This document shows, in pieces, positions 54,139 through 64,000 of a DNA stretch of 64,000 nt; the stretch's first letter is position 1; every line of letters starts with the position of its first letter. Position numbers and translations under genes: made by a program. Where the stretch lies: positions 20,181 to 84,180 of the forward strand of contig CAJWTP010000002.1 of the NCBI GenBank assembly GCA_913047325.1. Reading direction: 5' to 3'. The stretch comes from an uncultured Gammaproteobacteria bacterium. GTDB lineage: Bacteria; Pseudomonadota; Gammaproteobacteria; PS1; Pseudothioglobaceae. The notes beneath the pieces are model-generated. The model worked only from the letters and a program-made list of their open reading frames with translations, was not told the DNA's origin and made no database searches.

Positions 54139-55470
54139 ATGACAATATTAACATCACTCTATAAAAATACCCTTTTATTACTGTTAATTCTTTTTGCAGT
54201 GACTCCAGCAATTTCCATTGCAGATGATTCAAATTTAGACTTAGATTCTCCAAGCTATGTCGATGAATTTTTATTTATTTACTCTCAAATCCAGCAATAT
54301 TATGTTGATGAAATAGATGATGAGACAATGTTCAAAAATGCCATCAAAGGGCTTGTTGAAGGTCTTGATCCTCATTCAAGTTATCTAGACCCAAAAGACC
54401 AGGCTGATTTAAGTGAAAGCACAATAGGTAAATTTGGTGGCTTAGGAATCGTGATAACACAGAAAGATGATCTAATCCAAATTATTTCGCCAATAGACGA
54501 TACACCGGCCTATCGTGCTGGACTTCAATCAGGAGACATCATTTTAAAGATTGGCGACAAAAGTGTTCGTGAAATGGATCTCGAAGAAGGCGTTAATTTG
54601 ATGAGAGGAGAGCCAGGTACAACAATTGAGCTGACCATTGGCAGGGCTGAAAAAGTTCCCTTTAAAGTTGAAATCACTCGTGAAATTATAACTATTGTGT
54701 CTGTTAGAGGCTTTTTGCTTGATGATGGTATAGCCTATATCCGTATTTCAGATTTTCAGTCTCCTAGCGCTAAACTGTTAAAGGATACTGTGTCTGATTT
54801 GATAGATGAAAATGATGGCCCTTTGGATTCAATAATTCTTGACTTAAGGAACAATCCAGGTGGCTTATTGATGTCTGCAATTGATATCGCGAATCTATTT
54901 ATTGACAACGATGGCTTAGTTGTCTATACCGAAGGGAGAGTTCGAAGCAATAACTCTTCATTCCCTACGAAGCCAGGAGATATTTTGAATGGCGCACCGA
55001 TAGTAGTGTTGATGAACAAGGGCTCTGCCTCGGCTTCGGAAATTGTTGCAGGCGCGCTACAAGACCACAAACGGGCAGTAATTATGGGTGAAACCTCTTT
55101 TGGTAAAGGCTCAGTCCAATCCATCGTTGACTTATCTGATGGCTATGGCTTGAAACTCACTACAGCGCGCTACTTTACCCCTTCTGGAAGATCAATACAG
55201 GCTACTGGAATTAAACCAGATATATTCCTGGAAAATATCACGCTAAACCAGGAAGAGGAATCGTTAAACCTGTCAAGACAAGAAAAAGATTTAAAAAATC
55301 ATTTAACTCCTGACGATCCGAGCGAACTGTCTGAAGAAGAAATTCTTGATATACAAGATGAAATTAAGGAAGATCAAAACAAAGATATTGTTGAGTATCT
55401 GAAAAATGATTACTATGTTCACGAGGCCACTAACCTGCTAAAAGCGTTAAGAATTGTAGGTGATAGGTAG
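54139..55470 (+). CDS. ctpA: S41 carboxyl-terminal protease
   Basis: LDPHSSYL, PDZ domain, LDLRNNPGG, SASASEIVAGALQD, GKGSVQ. Confidence 0.92.
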   Translation: MTILTSLYKNTLLLLLILFAVTPAISIADDSNLDLDSPSYVDEFLFIYSQIQQYYVDEIDDETMFKNAIKGLVEGLDPHSSYLDPKDQADLSESTIGKFGGLGIVITQKDDLIQIISPIDDTPAYRAGLQSGDIILKIGDKSVREMDLEEGVNLMRGEPGTTIELTIGRAEKVPFKVEITREIITIVSVRGFLLDDGIAYIRISDFQSPSAKLLKDTVSDLIDENDGPLDSIILDLRNNPGGLLMSAIDIANLFIDNDGLVVYTEGRVRSNNSSFPTKPGDILNGAPIVVLMNKGSASASEIVAGALQDHKRAVIMGETSFGKGSVQSIVDLSDGYGLKLTTARYFTPSGRSIQATGIKPDIFLENITLNQEEESLNLSRQEKDLKNHLTPDDPSELSEEEILDIQDEIKEDQNKDIVEYLKNDYYVHEATNLLKALRIVGDR

Positions 55471-55487
55471 TGAAGTTATAGCGCTCG

Positions 55488-56396
55488 CTAATCAAACCCC
55501 CCTATTCTACTAAACTGCATGGTATTGTGATTCCAGTCCCAATGCATCCATATTCCGACCGCTTTCCCTAGAATGTATTCCTCTGGCACATAACCCCAGA
55601 CCCTTGAGTCGCTACTATGCGCTCTATTATCGCCCATCACAAAGTAATGCCCTTCAGGGACAGTGGTTTTAGTGAATTCGGGAGAATAACCCATAGGGTG
55701 GAGTAAAATGTCGTGGTTGGCTAGATCAATTAACTCTCTGACATGGCGATAGCCAGTCATTCCCTTGCCTGAGTCAACGCCCCTGTAGCCGCCAATTTTG
55801 CTTTGACCGATAACTTTACCGTTTACAGTTAATCGATCTTTGCTATAAGAAACTATATCGCCCGGGAGTGCGATCACGCGCTTAATAAAGTCAGTGCCAG
55901 AGTAGCCATCCTGCCTACCATAATTGGGGTACCTGAAGACAATAACGTCCCCCCTTTCAGGTTTAGAGTATTCAATGATTTTGGTATTTACAATTGGCAA
56001 CCTTAATCCATAGTCAAATTTGTTGACCAAAATAAAATCGCCAGTTAAAAGTGTTGGCATCATTGAATTTGAAGGAACCCTAAAGGGCTCAAAAATAAAA
56101 CCTCTGAACACCAAAACCAGCAACAATACAGGAAATAACTCTATCGACCATTGCACAGCTTTTGGTCGATGCGAATGTGATTCAGATCTTGAAAATTTCA
56201 AAAAAATTAAAAAATTAAAGAACTTAGATATGCCCGATCTTTTTTCTAAGGATAGTTCAGATGTGGTTTGCGTAGTTGATTTGCCGGAGAAAAAAAATAG
56301 ATCAATCAAAACAATTGCAATTGCCAATGCCATAGCAACAAACAACCAAGTTAAGACGTCCCAAGCAAAAAATGCTTCCGCATTTTCAATAGTCAT
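55488..56396 (-). CDS. lepB: Signal peptidase I
   Basis: PSNSMMPTL, FIKRVI, MGDNR..S.DSR. Confidence 0.95.
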   Translation of the reverse strand: MTIENAEAFFAWDVLTWLFVAMALAIAIVLIDLFFFSGKSTTQTTSELSLEKRSGISKFFNFLIFLKFSRSESHSHRPKAVQWSIELFPVLLLVLVFRGFIFEPFRVPSNSMMPTLLTGDFILVNKFDYGLRLPIVNTKIIEYSKPERGDVIVFRYPNYGRQDGYSGTDFIKRVIALPGDIVSYSKDRLTVNGKVIGQSKIGGYRGVDSGKGMTGYRHVRELIDLANHDILLHPMGYSPEFTKTTVPEGHYFVMGDNRAHSSDSRVWGYVPEEYILGKAVGIWMHWDWNHNTMQFSRIGGFD

Positions 56397-56462
56397 ATTC
56401 TTCTCTCTTGAACAAAATGGTTACATTATATCCATTAAGTCAAAACCGATTAAATGGTTTAC

Positions 56463-57770
56463 TTAATGAAGTTCATTAATATTGATCCCAATTCTGTTAG
56501 CTAGCTCAACAAAATTTGGAAAAGAAGTTTTAACGTTATCAACACCCTCAATTTTGATATCAAAATTACATGCAACGGATGCAACAGCAAAGGACATTGA
56601 AATACGATGGTCGTGATGCGATTTTATCGAAGTGTTTGGTTTGGTAAATTGCCCGCCCTGTATGCGAATTCCGTCATCCAAAACTTCTGTCTTAATGCCT
56701 AGAACTGCTAACCCATCAGCCATAACCTGAATTCTATCTGACTCTTTCACTCTCAATTCTTTTGCACCGGTGAGTAGAGTTTCTCCGTCAGCGCAACTTG
56801 CTGCAATAAAAAGAACTGGAAACTCGTCAATCGCCAAAGGCACAAGCTCATTGGGAATTCTAATTCCTTTCAAATCAGCAGAGCGAATTTGGATATCGGC
56901 AATCATTTCGCCTGCCATCTCTGATTCATTGCTTAGAGTTATGTTAGCCCCCATAAGCTGAAGTATTTCGATAATTCCAGTTCTAGTTGGATTAATGTTG
57001 ACAGCTTTAAGTGTTAAATCAGCATCCCTTGCAATACTAGCAGCCACCATAAAAAAAGCTGCCGAAGAAATATCACTGGGAATATCGATGTCACAAGCCT
57101 TCAACTCGCCACCACCATCAAGCGTAATGCAATTATCAGAACAATTCACTTGATAGCCAAAACCTCTCAACATTCTTTCAGTATGGTCTCTGGTAGTTAC
57201 ATTCTCAACTATGCAGGTTTCTCCCTCTGCATACAAGCCTGACAATAAAAGGCAAGATTTTATTTGTGCAGAGGCGACCGGTAATTCATAAGTAATAGGT
57301 CTTAATGGTTGATTGCCAGAAATAGTGAGCGGTGGTTTAGAATTATGACCTTCAATTTTTGCACCCATTTGACGCAAAGGCTCGATAATTCGATCCATTG
57401 GTCTTTTTGATAAAGACTCATCACCACAGAGTTCAGAGTCAAAACTTTGGGCACTGAGCAAACCTGCCATCAAGCGCATAGAGGTACCAGAATTCCCTAA
57501 ATCAATAGGCTTTCCAGGGGCTCTTAAACCATGCATTCCTACGCCATTAATTGTAACGTTTGAACCCAAGCGTTCAATATCAACACCCATTTGTTGAAAT
57601 GACTTCAAGGTGGCTAAACTGTCGTTACCCTCTAGAAAGCCACTCACCTTGGTGACCCCATTCGCAATAGACCCCAACATAATTGCCCGATGAGAAATAG
57701 ACTTGTCCCCAGGTATAGCGATGACACCGCTTAATGAATTGCATGGAGATACTAGAAAGCTACTCATCAA
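56463..57770 (-). CDS. aroA: EPSP synthase
   Basis: PGDKSISHR, GNSGTSMRL, SAQIKS, RVKESDR, DHRI. Confidence 0.97.
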   Translation of the reverse strand: MMSSFLVSPCNSLSGVIAIPGDKSISHRAIMLGSIANGVTKVSGFLEGNDSLATLKSFQQMGVDIERLGSNVTINGVGMHGLRAPGKPIDLGNSGTSMRLMAGLLSAQSFDSELCGDESLSKRPMDRIIEPLRQMGAKIEGHNSKPPLTISGNQPLRPITYELPVASAQIKSCLLLSGLYAEGETCIVENVTTRDHTERMLRGFGYQVNCSDNCITLDGGGELKACDIDIPSDISSAAFFMVAASIARDADLTLKAVNINPTRTGIIEILQLMGANITLSNESEMAGEMIADIQIRSADLKGIRIPNELVPLAIDEFPVLFIAASCADGETLLTGAKELRVKESDRIQVMADGLAVLGIKTEVLDDGIRIQGGQFTKPNTSIKSHHDHRISMSFAVASVACNFDIKIEGVDNVKTSFPNFVELANRIGININELH

Positions 57771-57776
57771 TAAACC

Positions 57777-58628
57777 TTAATCTATCCATGAATCACGTGT
57801 AGCCTTGGCATTGTGGAATATAGACTCTAATTGCTCCATATCGTCATTATCAATAGCCTCAGAAAGTACATTTAAAGTTTTTTGATACCCCTTTATATGG
57901 GCAATAATTTCATCTTTATTATTGAGACAAATATCTCGCCACATAACAGCGTCGCCAGAGGCGATTCTAGAGAAATCTCTAAAACCGCCGGCAGCATAGA
58001 TCGAAGCCTTGGGATTTTGACCAATCAGGTAACTCATCAGCGAAAAAGCCAACATATGTGGGAGGTGTGAAGTCATTCCGAGTAATTCGTCATGCGATTC
58101 AGGAGTCATAAAGTCAACCTCAGAACCTACTCTTTCCCACATATTTTGTACTCGACTTATACTCTCATCGTCATTGCTTCCTATAGGTGTAATGATAACT
58201 TTTTTATTAACAAATAATTCATCGTCGCACGCCTCGAAACCACTTTTTTCTTTTCCAGCGATTGGATGAGCGGGAATAAAATTACTCGGCAGGCTGCCAA
58301 AAACTTTTTCCGCAACATCAATAACGCTTCTCTTAGTGCTCCCGACATCGGTTATAAGGGTGTCATTATTAAGATAAGGCTTAATGCTTCTAAGTATTTC
58401 CTCAAAGCTCCCAACAGGGGTTGCGATAATGACAATGTCGGAGTCGATTATTGCCGCTTTAGGTTCGGTAAAGTATTCATCGATAATGTTAAGTTCTTTT
58501 GCTTTTTCAAGCCTAGCAGCATCCCTGCCATAACCACAGATTAATTTTGCTTGGCCTGTGTTTTTAAGGGCCTTTGCTAAAGATGAGCCGATTAAACCGA
58601 CACCTATAATGCATATTTTTTCCATCAT
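57777..58628 (-). CDS. tyrA: Prephenate/arogenate dehydrogenase
   Basis: GVGLIGSS, DVGSTK, HPIAG.E, SHLPH, GFRDFSRIA. Confidence 0.93.
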   Translation of the reverse strand: MMEKICIIGVGLIGSSLAKALKNTGQAKLICGYGRDAARLEKAKELNIIDEYFTEPKAAIIDSDIVIIATPVGSFEEILRSIKPYLNNDTLITDVGSTKRSVIDVAEKVFGSLPSNFIPAHPIAGKEKSGFEACDDELFVNKKVIITPIGSNDDESISRVQNMWERVGSEVDFMTPESHDELLGMTSHLPHMLAFSLMSYLIGQNPKASIYAAGGFRDFSRIASGDAVMWRDICLNNKDEIIAHIKGYQKTLNVLSEAIDNDDMEQLESIFHNAKATRDSWID

Positions 58629-59689
58629 AATATTTTTTTCAAAGCTTGTATTAAGTAAACATTCTCTTCTACTGTGCCAACTGAGATTCTGAGGAAATTT
58701 GGCATCTCGATGGGCCTTACAATTACACCTTCCTTCAAAAGCTTTTCGTAGGTCTGTAGCGCATTATCAAACTCGACAGCTATAAAATTTGCTGAAGACT
58801 TAATATAGTTTAAATTTAAACTTTTAAAGCCCTCTTCTAGTTGTTTTAAGCCTTCTGCATTGGAACGAACAGATTCTTGCAAATAGTCAATGTCACTTAA
58901 GGCAGCAATGGCTCCAATTTGGGCGCTTCGGTTTACATTGAATGGCTCTCTAACTCGGTTAATGTAGTCAGCAATATTTGGCCTACTTACAGAATATCCG
59001 ACCCTTAGACCCGCCAATCCATAAGCCTTCGAAAAGGTACGCGTTATTATAAGGTTATCAAAAACATTTAACCAGCCAATGGCTTGGTCTTTGATATCTA
59101 AGTATTCGTAGTAAGCTTGGTCAAGAACAACAGGTATGTGAGTTGGAACTTTAGACAAAAAATTATATACTTCACTTTCAGTTAACAGTGTGCCTGTAGG
59201 GTTGTTGGGGTTAGCGATGAAGATAAGTTTCGTCTCACTCCCAATCATTTCTAACATTGCATCCAAATTATGGCCAAAGTTCTGAGCTTGCGCAATCTTT
59301 GCCGTAGCGCCTAGAGCTTGAGTTACTAATGGGTAAACTACAAAAGCGTATTGAGAAAAAACTACCTCATCCGTTGGTTTGCATACAAAAACTCTTGCTA
59401 TTAACTCCAATAACTCGTTAGAGCCATTTCCAAGCGAAATTGTGTCAATTTCAATACCAAGGTGCTTGCTTAGTGCTACTTTCAAATCATAGCCGTTGCC
59501 GTCTGGATAACGATGAATTTCCTCTAGTGAACAGTTTATTGCTTGTTTAACGTTTGAGCTAGCGCCCAAAGGATTTTCATTTGAAGCCAGTTTAATTACA
59601 TGCTTCAATCCTAGTTCGCGCTTAAGTTCCTCTATTGGCTTTCCTCCTTGGTATGGATTTAAACCAAGAATTGATTCGCAGACGTTCAT
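58625..59689 (-). CDS. hisC: Histidinol-phosphate/aromatic aminotransferase
   Basis: KLASNENP, NPNNPTG, RTFSKAYGLAGLRVGY. Confidence 0.93.
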   Translation of the reverse strand: MNVCESILGLNPYQGGKPIEELKRELGLKHVIKLASNENPLGASSNVKQAINCSLEEIHRYPDGNGYDLKVALSKHLGIEIDTISLGNGSNELLELIARVFVCKPTDEVVFSQYAFVVYPLVTQALGATAKIAQAQNFGHNLDAMLEMIGSETKLIFIANPNNPTGTLLTESEVYNFLSKVPTHIPVVLDQAYYEYLDIKDQAIGWLNVFDNLIITRTFSKAYGLAGLRVGYSVSRPNIADYINRVREPFNVNRSAQIGAIAALSDIDYLQESVRSNAEGLKQLEEGFKSLNLNYIKSSANFIAVEFDNALQTYEKLLKEGVIVRPIEMPNFLRISVGTVEENVYLIQALKKIL

Positions 59690-60765
59690 AAAATTGCGAC
59701 TGGGTATGATCCAAGGATGTTTAATTTTGAAACACGCTCTTCAATCTCTGAAAGAGCCTTTATAACTTTCTCGTCTTCTTGGTGACCCTCAATATCGACA
59801 AAAAATAGGTATTCCCATTTGACGCCAGGAATGGGATGCCTTGCAAGTTGCAGCATGTTTATGTTTTGTTTTTTGAATGGCTCTAACAACTCAAACAAGG
59901 CGCCAGATTCATGCCTTGTGACCACAAGCAGCGAAGTTTTATCTTCATCACCAGCTGGCACACTATCTTTGCCGATTACAATAAAACGGGTTACATTTCC
60001 AGCCTTGTCTTCAATGTTTTTTGCCACACGTTGCAAGCCATACAGGCTAAGTGCAGTTTCAGAGGCAATAGCAGCGGCATTAGGTTCGTCTTTTATCATG
60101 CGTGCGGCGAGTGCGTTTGAAGCCACTGAATGTAACTCGGTTCGTGGATGATGATTTGATAGCCAGCGTCTACATTGATCTAGTGCTTGCTGGTGAGCGT
60201 AAATTATTTTTATATCTTGTGACTGATCCTGCATCATCAGCTGGTGTGATACGGCGATTTCAACTTCTCCACAAATATTCAAGTCATGACTATAAAGCAT
60301 ATCGAGCGTCGCCCCTATTACGCCATTGGATGAATTTTCAATTGGAACAACGCCATAATGAGCATTATCAGTCTCAACTTGGTGAAAAATTTCATCAATA
60401 CTGCCACAATCAAGAGTCGACACGCCATGTCCGAAGTGTTTAAGTGCAGCTTCTTGTGTGAATGTTCCTTCTGGGCCGAGGAATGCAATTTTCAGTGGTT
60501 GCTCAAGCGCCAGACAGGCTGACATTATTTCTCTAAAGATTAATGCAATATCTTTATCTTTAAGTAAGCTTTTGTTTCTCTTAATCACACGGTTAAGGAC
60601 CTGGGCCTCCCTTTCAGGACGATAAAATGCACTCTGCGTGTTCGCCTCTTTTTTTACTTTGGCAACCTCTTTTGCTAGTTCTGCGCGCGAAGCAATGAGC
60701 AACTGAATTTTTTGGTCCAGATTGTCAATCTCCGTTCTTAGGTTTTCGAGTTTTTTATCTTTCAT
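59686..60765 (-). CDS. pheA: Chorismate mutase / prephenate dehydratase (P-protein)
   Basis: LRTEID, YRPERE, FLGPEGTF, PIENS, TRF, ACT domain; start MKDKK. Confidence 0.95.
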   Translation of the reverse strand: MKDKKLENLRTEIDNLDQKIQLLIASRAELAKEVAKVKKEANTQSAFYRPEREAQVLNRVIKRNKSLLKDKDIALIFREIMSACLALEQPLKIAFLGPEGTFTQEAALKHFGHGVSTLDCGSIDEIFHQVETDNAHYGVVPIENSSNGVIGATLDMLYSHDLNICGEVEIAVSHQLMMQDQSQDIKIIYAHQQALDQCRRWLSNHHPRTELHSVASNALAARMIKDEPNAAAIASETALSLYGLQRVAKNIEDKAGNVTRFIVIGKDSVPAGDEDKTSLLVVTRHESGALFELLEPFKKQNINMLQLARHPIPGVKWEYLFFVDIEGHQEDEKVIKALSEIEERVSKLNILGSYPVAIL

Positions 60766-60828
60766 TCTAATTGTGAATTTTATTAGATTTAGTGAGTTAG
60801 ATGGCAATCATTAAGCATAGTAATACTA

Positions 60829-61911
60829 CTAGCCAGAATTTCTTTCAAAATCGCGCATAAAGGATACTAAAGCCTCAACCCCTTCGATGCTCATTGCATT
60901 ATATATGCTTGCCCTTATACCACCAACCCATCGATGACCCTTAAGAGCCAAAAGATTTTCATTCGATGCGTCTTTAATAAACAACTTGTCCAGTTCAGGG
61001 TTAGGAGTAAAAAAAGGCACGTTCATTCTGGAGCGAAACCGGGCGGCCACATTATTTGAGTAAAAATCACTTGAATCGATTGCATTATAGAGTAGCTTCG
61101 ATTTCTTTTCATTTTGCCGATGAATGGCATCAACCCCGCCAAGCTCTTTTAACCATTCGAATACAAGTGCAGCTGTGTACCATGCAAAAGTACAAGGAGT
61201 GTTATACATAGAGTCATTATTTGCTTGAGTAGAGTAATCAAACAAAACTGGTTGCTGCTCGACAACTTTTCCCAATAAATCATCCCTTACAATGACAACG
61301 GTTAGACCTGAAATGCCAATATTTTTTTGGGCCCCAGCATAGATTAAACCATACTTAGAAACATCAATTGGTGAAGACAAAATTGACGATGACATGTCGG
61401 CAACAACTGGCATATCAACTTCAGGGATAAAATCAAACTCAAGCCCTGCGATAGTCTCGTTTGGCGTGTAATGAAGATAGGCGCCATCAGGATTAATTTT
61501 CCAAGACGAAAAATCTTCAATGTCGGTAAATCCATTACTTGTACTATCCGTGCAAACGTTAACATTGCAGTATCTAGATCCCTCAAGGATCGCTTTCTCA
61601 GACCAGTGACCGGTGTTAACGTAGTTAGCAATTTCCTTACCTCTCAGAAGATTTATTGGGACCATTGAGAATTGCTGCTGGGCGCCACCCTGCAAAAACA
61701 ATACTTTGTAATTATTTGGGATATTCATTAAGTCTCTTAAATCCTGTTCGGATTTTTTTGCCAGCGCCATGAAATCTTCACCTCTATGAGAGATCTCCAT
61801 AACAGATGCTCTAGCATCCCTAAATTCCGGTAATTCGTTTATTAATCGCTCAAGGACAGCTCTCGGCAAAGCCGCAGGACCAGCGCTGAAGTTAAAAACT
61901 TCACTCATCAA
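60829..61911 (-). CDS. serC: Phosphoserine aminotransferase
   Basis: FNFSAGPA, SHRG, GAQKNIG, GHR.VGG.RASIYNA. Confidence 0.97.
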   Translation of the reverse strand: MMSEVFNFSAGPAALPRAVLERLINELPEFRDARASVMEISHRGEDFMALAKKSEQDLRDLMNIPNNYKVLFLQGGAQQQFSMVPINLLRGKEIANYVNTGHWSEKAILEGSRYCNVNVCTDSTSNGFTDIEDFSSWKINPDGAYLHYTPNETIAGLEFDFIPEVDMPVVADMSSSILSSPIDVSKYGLIYAGAQKNIGISGLTVVIVRDDLLGKVVEQQPVLFDYSTQANNDSMYNTPCTFAWYTAALVFEWLKELGGVDAIHRQNEKKSKLLYNAIDSSDFYSNNVAARFRSRMNVPFFTPNPELDKLFIKDASNENLLALKGHRWVGGIRASIYNAMSIEGVEALVSFMRDFERNSG

Positions 61912-62030
61912 ATGTTCCTTATTTTGACAAATCGTACCATTTTACCTAAGACTTTAAAAATAGACCGAGTATTGTTTTTCTGCGATTTAGCGGTGTTAAT
62001 TAATCCTTTTATATTTTCATTAATAAAAGA

Positions 62031-62059
62031 TTGCAATTGATCTTATTTATGAATATAAT
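62031..62059 (+). promoter_or_regulatory. Sigma-70 promoter for the riboswitch-btuB transcript
   Basis: TTGCAA-N17-TATAAT, placing +1 near the riboswitch 5' stem. Confidence 0.65.
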
Positions 62060-62065
62060 TCGCAC

Positions 62066-62180
62066 AGTTTGATTTCATGGAAGTCGGTAAGAATCCGACA
62101 CTGCCCTCGCAACGGTGTTTCTTGAATAGATAAGTCCGATACATTTCAAACTTTATTAACAGCTACGATGGGTGGTGTCA
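62066..62180 (+). ncRNA. Cobalamin riboswitch (short form)
   Basis: GGAAGTCGGTAAGAATCCGACACTGCCCTCGCAACGGT core, AAGTCCGATAC B12-box, closing stem AGTTTGA/TCAAACT; upstream of a TonB receptor. Confidence 0.9.
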
Positions 62181-62242
62181 TAGAGTGTATCTCTTTACGA
62201 TATTTTTTCTGATGCCTTTTTTTTAAATTAATAGAGGTAATC

Positions 62243-64000
62243 ATGATTATCAAAAATATCCTTGCAACTATTTTGGTTTTAACTATTCAAATTCCTAACA
62301 CTGCAAACGCCTTGATAGGGCCAATAAAAATATCTTTAAACACTGAATACAGAACTTCAGCACCAATCATTGGGCCAGTTGCTACCACAATAAAACTCAG
62401 TAAATCAGACATCAAAAGGACTGGCAAAAGAACTTTTACAGGGCTTTTAGAAAGTATTCATGCAGTTTCCTTTGAAGGTGGCCAGGGAAATCTAACCGCT
62501 CTGCGTATTCGTGGTAACGAATCCAGCCATACCTTGCTACTACTGGACGGTAACAAGGTAACAATTACCGGAGGCCAGCCAAACCTAGATGTAATACCGC
62601 TAGATCAAATAGAGAGAATCGAGATTACTAAAGGTCCTTTTTCTTCACTTTATGGACCTGGCGCAATTGGAGGCATTATTCACGTGTTTACAGACAAAGA
62701 TGTCAACTCAATCAGCAGAAATAGAATTGACATTTCTTATGGATCAAATGATACAAATAAAATCAATCTGAATTCTTACTTTAAAAGTGACACTGGCTAT
62801 ATGGATATTGCCCTAACTGATTTTCATACAGATGGGATTGATGCAACTGGAGACGGCGACCTAGATCCTATTGACAGAACTACGGTTGGAATAAACATCG
62901 GCACTGAAGTTTCTGATAAAACTTCTGTTAATCTTAACATCATGAACACCAAGGCTATTATTGAATATGATGACACATGGGGCACTCCAAAGCCAGACAA
63001 TAATCTCAGACAATTCAATGTTGGAGTTAGCCATAAATTTAGTGATAGATTTGCAACAAAGTTTGATTATATGAATCAAAATACTCAGCGCAGAGGCGAT
63101 AAGTACAAGCTTAATACTGTTTCACTAATTAACGAGCTTGACTTTGATTACAGTAAATTATCGGTTGGGCTTTCAAACAGCGTTGATAAAGACATAGCGA
63201 ATTCAAAAAATATAAAACATAGCGACCTATTTTCTCAGTGGCAGGGTTTGATTATTGATAACGAATTATCAATTGGCGCCAGGATAGTTGATCATGACAA
63301 GTTCAGCACCCATTACACTTATAATTTCAATTGGGCTAAAGATCTTAGTAGTTCACTAAGAGTCAATGGATCTTATGGGAGTGCGACAAATTTGCCTGAT
63401 CACTACAAAAACAATTTAAATATAACTCAGGGCCAAACAGACCTTAAGCCCGAGCGCTCAAAGAACTTTGAACTGGGCTTAATAAAAGAGTACGGTTGGG
63501 GCACAACTGGGGTGAAGCTGTATAAAAGTAAAGTGAGTGACGCATTTACGTATCTAGATCCGGATAGCAACTGGCTCACAGACAATGCTTATTATAGAAA
63601 TGACGGCACTGTTGACATTAAGGGAGCTGAATTGACTCTTGACACAGAATTGTTAGGCTGGCAGCTTGATGTCAATATTGATTTCAATCAAGCCATCAAC
63701 AAGTCGACCAACTTACAGAAAGGCAGAAGACCAAACCGCTCTATTGGAGTTAATTTGTCAAAAACAAGTGGCAAATGGAAGCGAAGTGTTAATTGGAGCG
63801 CTAAATCATGGGTTTGGGACAAGGATAACCATTCAAACGGCAAGCTTGGCGGCTACGGCTTACTAAGCTTAAGTACAAGTTATGACTTCAATGAAGATTT
63901 GAGTGTTTTTCTTAATATAAATAATGCATTAGATAAAGACTATGAAATGGCTCAGGGCTATAACACTCTTGGTCGTAATATAAATTTAGGAATTTCCCAC
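62243..64000 (+). CDS. btuB: TonB-dependent receptor, BtuB-like (3' end just beyond window)
   Basis: Signal peptide; plug motifs IRGNESSHTLLLLDG and IERIEITKGPFSSLYG..AIGGII; LKPE; NNALDKDYE...GYNTLGRN; riboswitch upstream. Confidence 0.85.
   Translation, partial: MIIKNILATILVLTIQIPNTANALIGPIKISLNTEYRTSAPIIGPVATTIKLSKSDIKRTGKRTFTGLLESIHAVSFEGGQGNLTALRIRGNESSHTLLLLDGNKVTITGGQPNLDVIPLDQIERIEITKGPFSSLYGPGAIGGIIHVFTDKDVNSISRNRIDISYGSNDTNKINLNSYFKSDTGYMDIALTDFHTDGIDATGDGDLDPIDRTTVGINIGTEVSDKTSVNLNIMNTKAIIEYDDTWGTPKPDNNLRQFNVGVSHKFSDRFATKFDYMNQNTQRRGDKYKLNTVSLINELDFDYSKLSVGLSNSVDKDIANSKNIKHSDLFSQWQGLIIDNELSIGARIVDHDKFSTHYTYNFNWAKDLSSSLRVNGSYGSATNLPDHYKNNLNITQGQTDLKPERSKNFELGLIKEYGWGTTGVKLYKSKVSDAFTYLDPDSNWLTDNAYYRNDGTVDIKGAELTLDTELLGWQLDVNIDFNQAINKSTNLQKGRRPNRSIGVNLSKTSGKWKRSVNWSAKSWVWDKDNHSNGKLGGYGLLSLSTSYDFNEDLSVFLNINNALDKDYEMAQGYNTLGRNINLGISH

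Overview
AT-rich, densely packed gammaproteobacterial chromosome segment. The gene content and compaction suggest a streamlined marine lineage such as SUP05/Thioglobaceae (inference only). Most of it is housekeeping: bamA-skp-lpxD-fabZ-lpxA-murJ-yggX-gmk-rpoH-groES-groEL, pdxA-rsmA-apaG-apaH, lipBA, dUTPase-selD-selU, nrdAB with NrdR boxes, aapJQMP, tolB-pal-cpoB, spoT, lgt-thyA-rnc-era-recO-pdxJ-acpS, serC-pheA-hisC-tyrA-aroA, tRNA-Arg(CCG), and a cobalamin riboswitch ahead of a btuB-like gene. A XerC/D dif site lies at 24911-24938. The two strongest candidates for undescribed systems are near it. (1) A small wHTH gene whose coding sequence carries three tandem 11-bp repeats (AGGGACTAAGY) read in three different frames; near-identical, helically phased copies of the motif lie in the opposite orientation in the intergenic DNA around dif. 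(2) A glutamine-dependent NAD synthetase with an N-terminal phage-repressor-like HTH, preceded by two TAGTTR-N7-YAACTA palindromes and divergent from an amino-acid ABC transporter. Also notable: Pal and CpoB with internal duplications, a frameshifted rhodanese, and a tRNA-adjacent catabolic islet. All calls come from motif recognition by eye; no searches were run.
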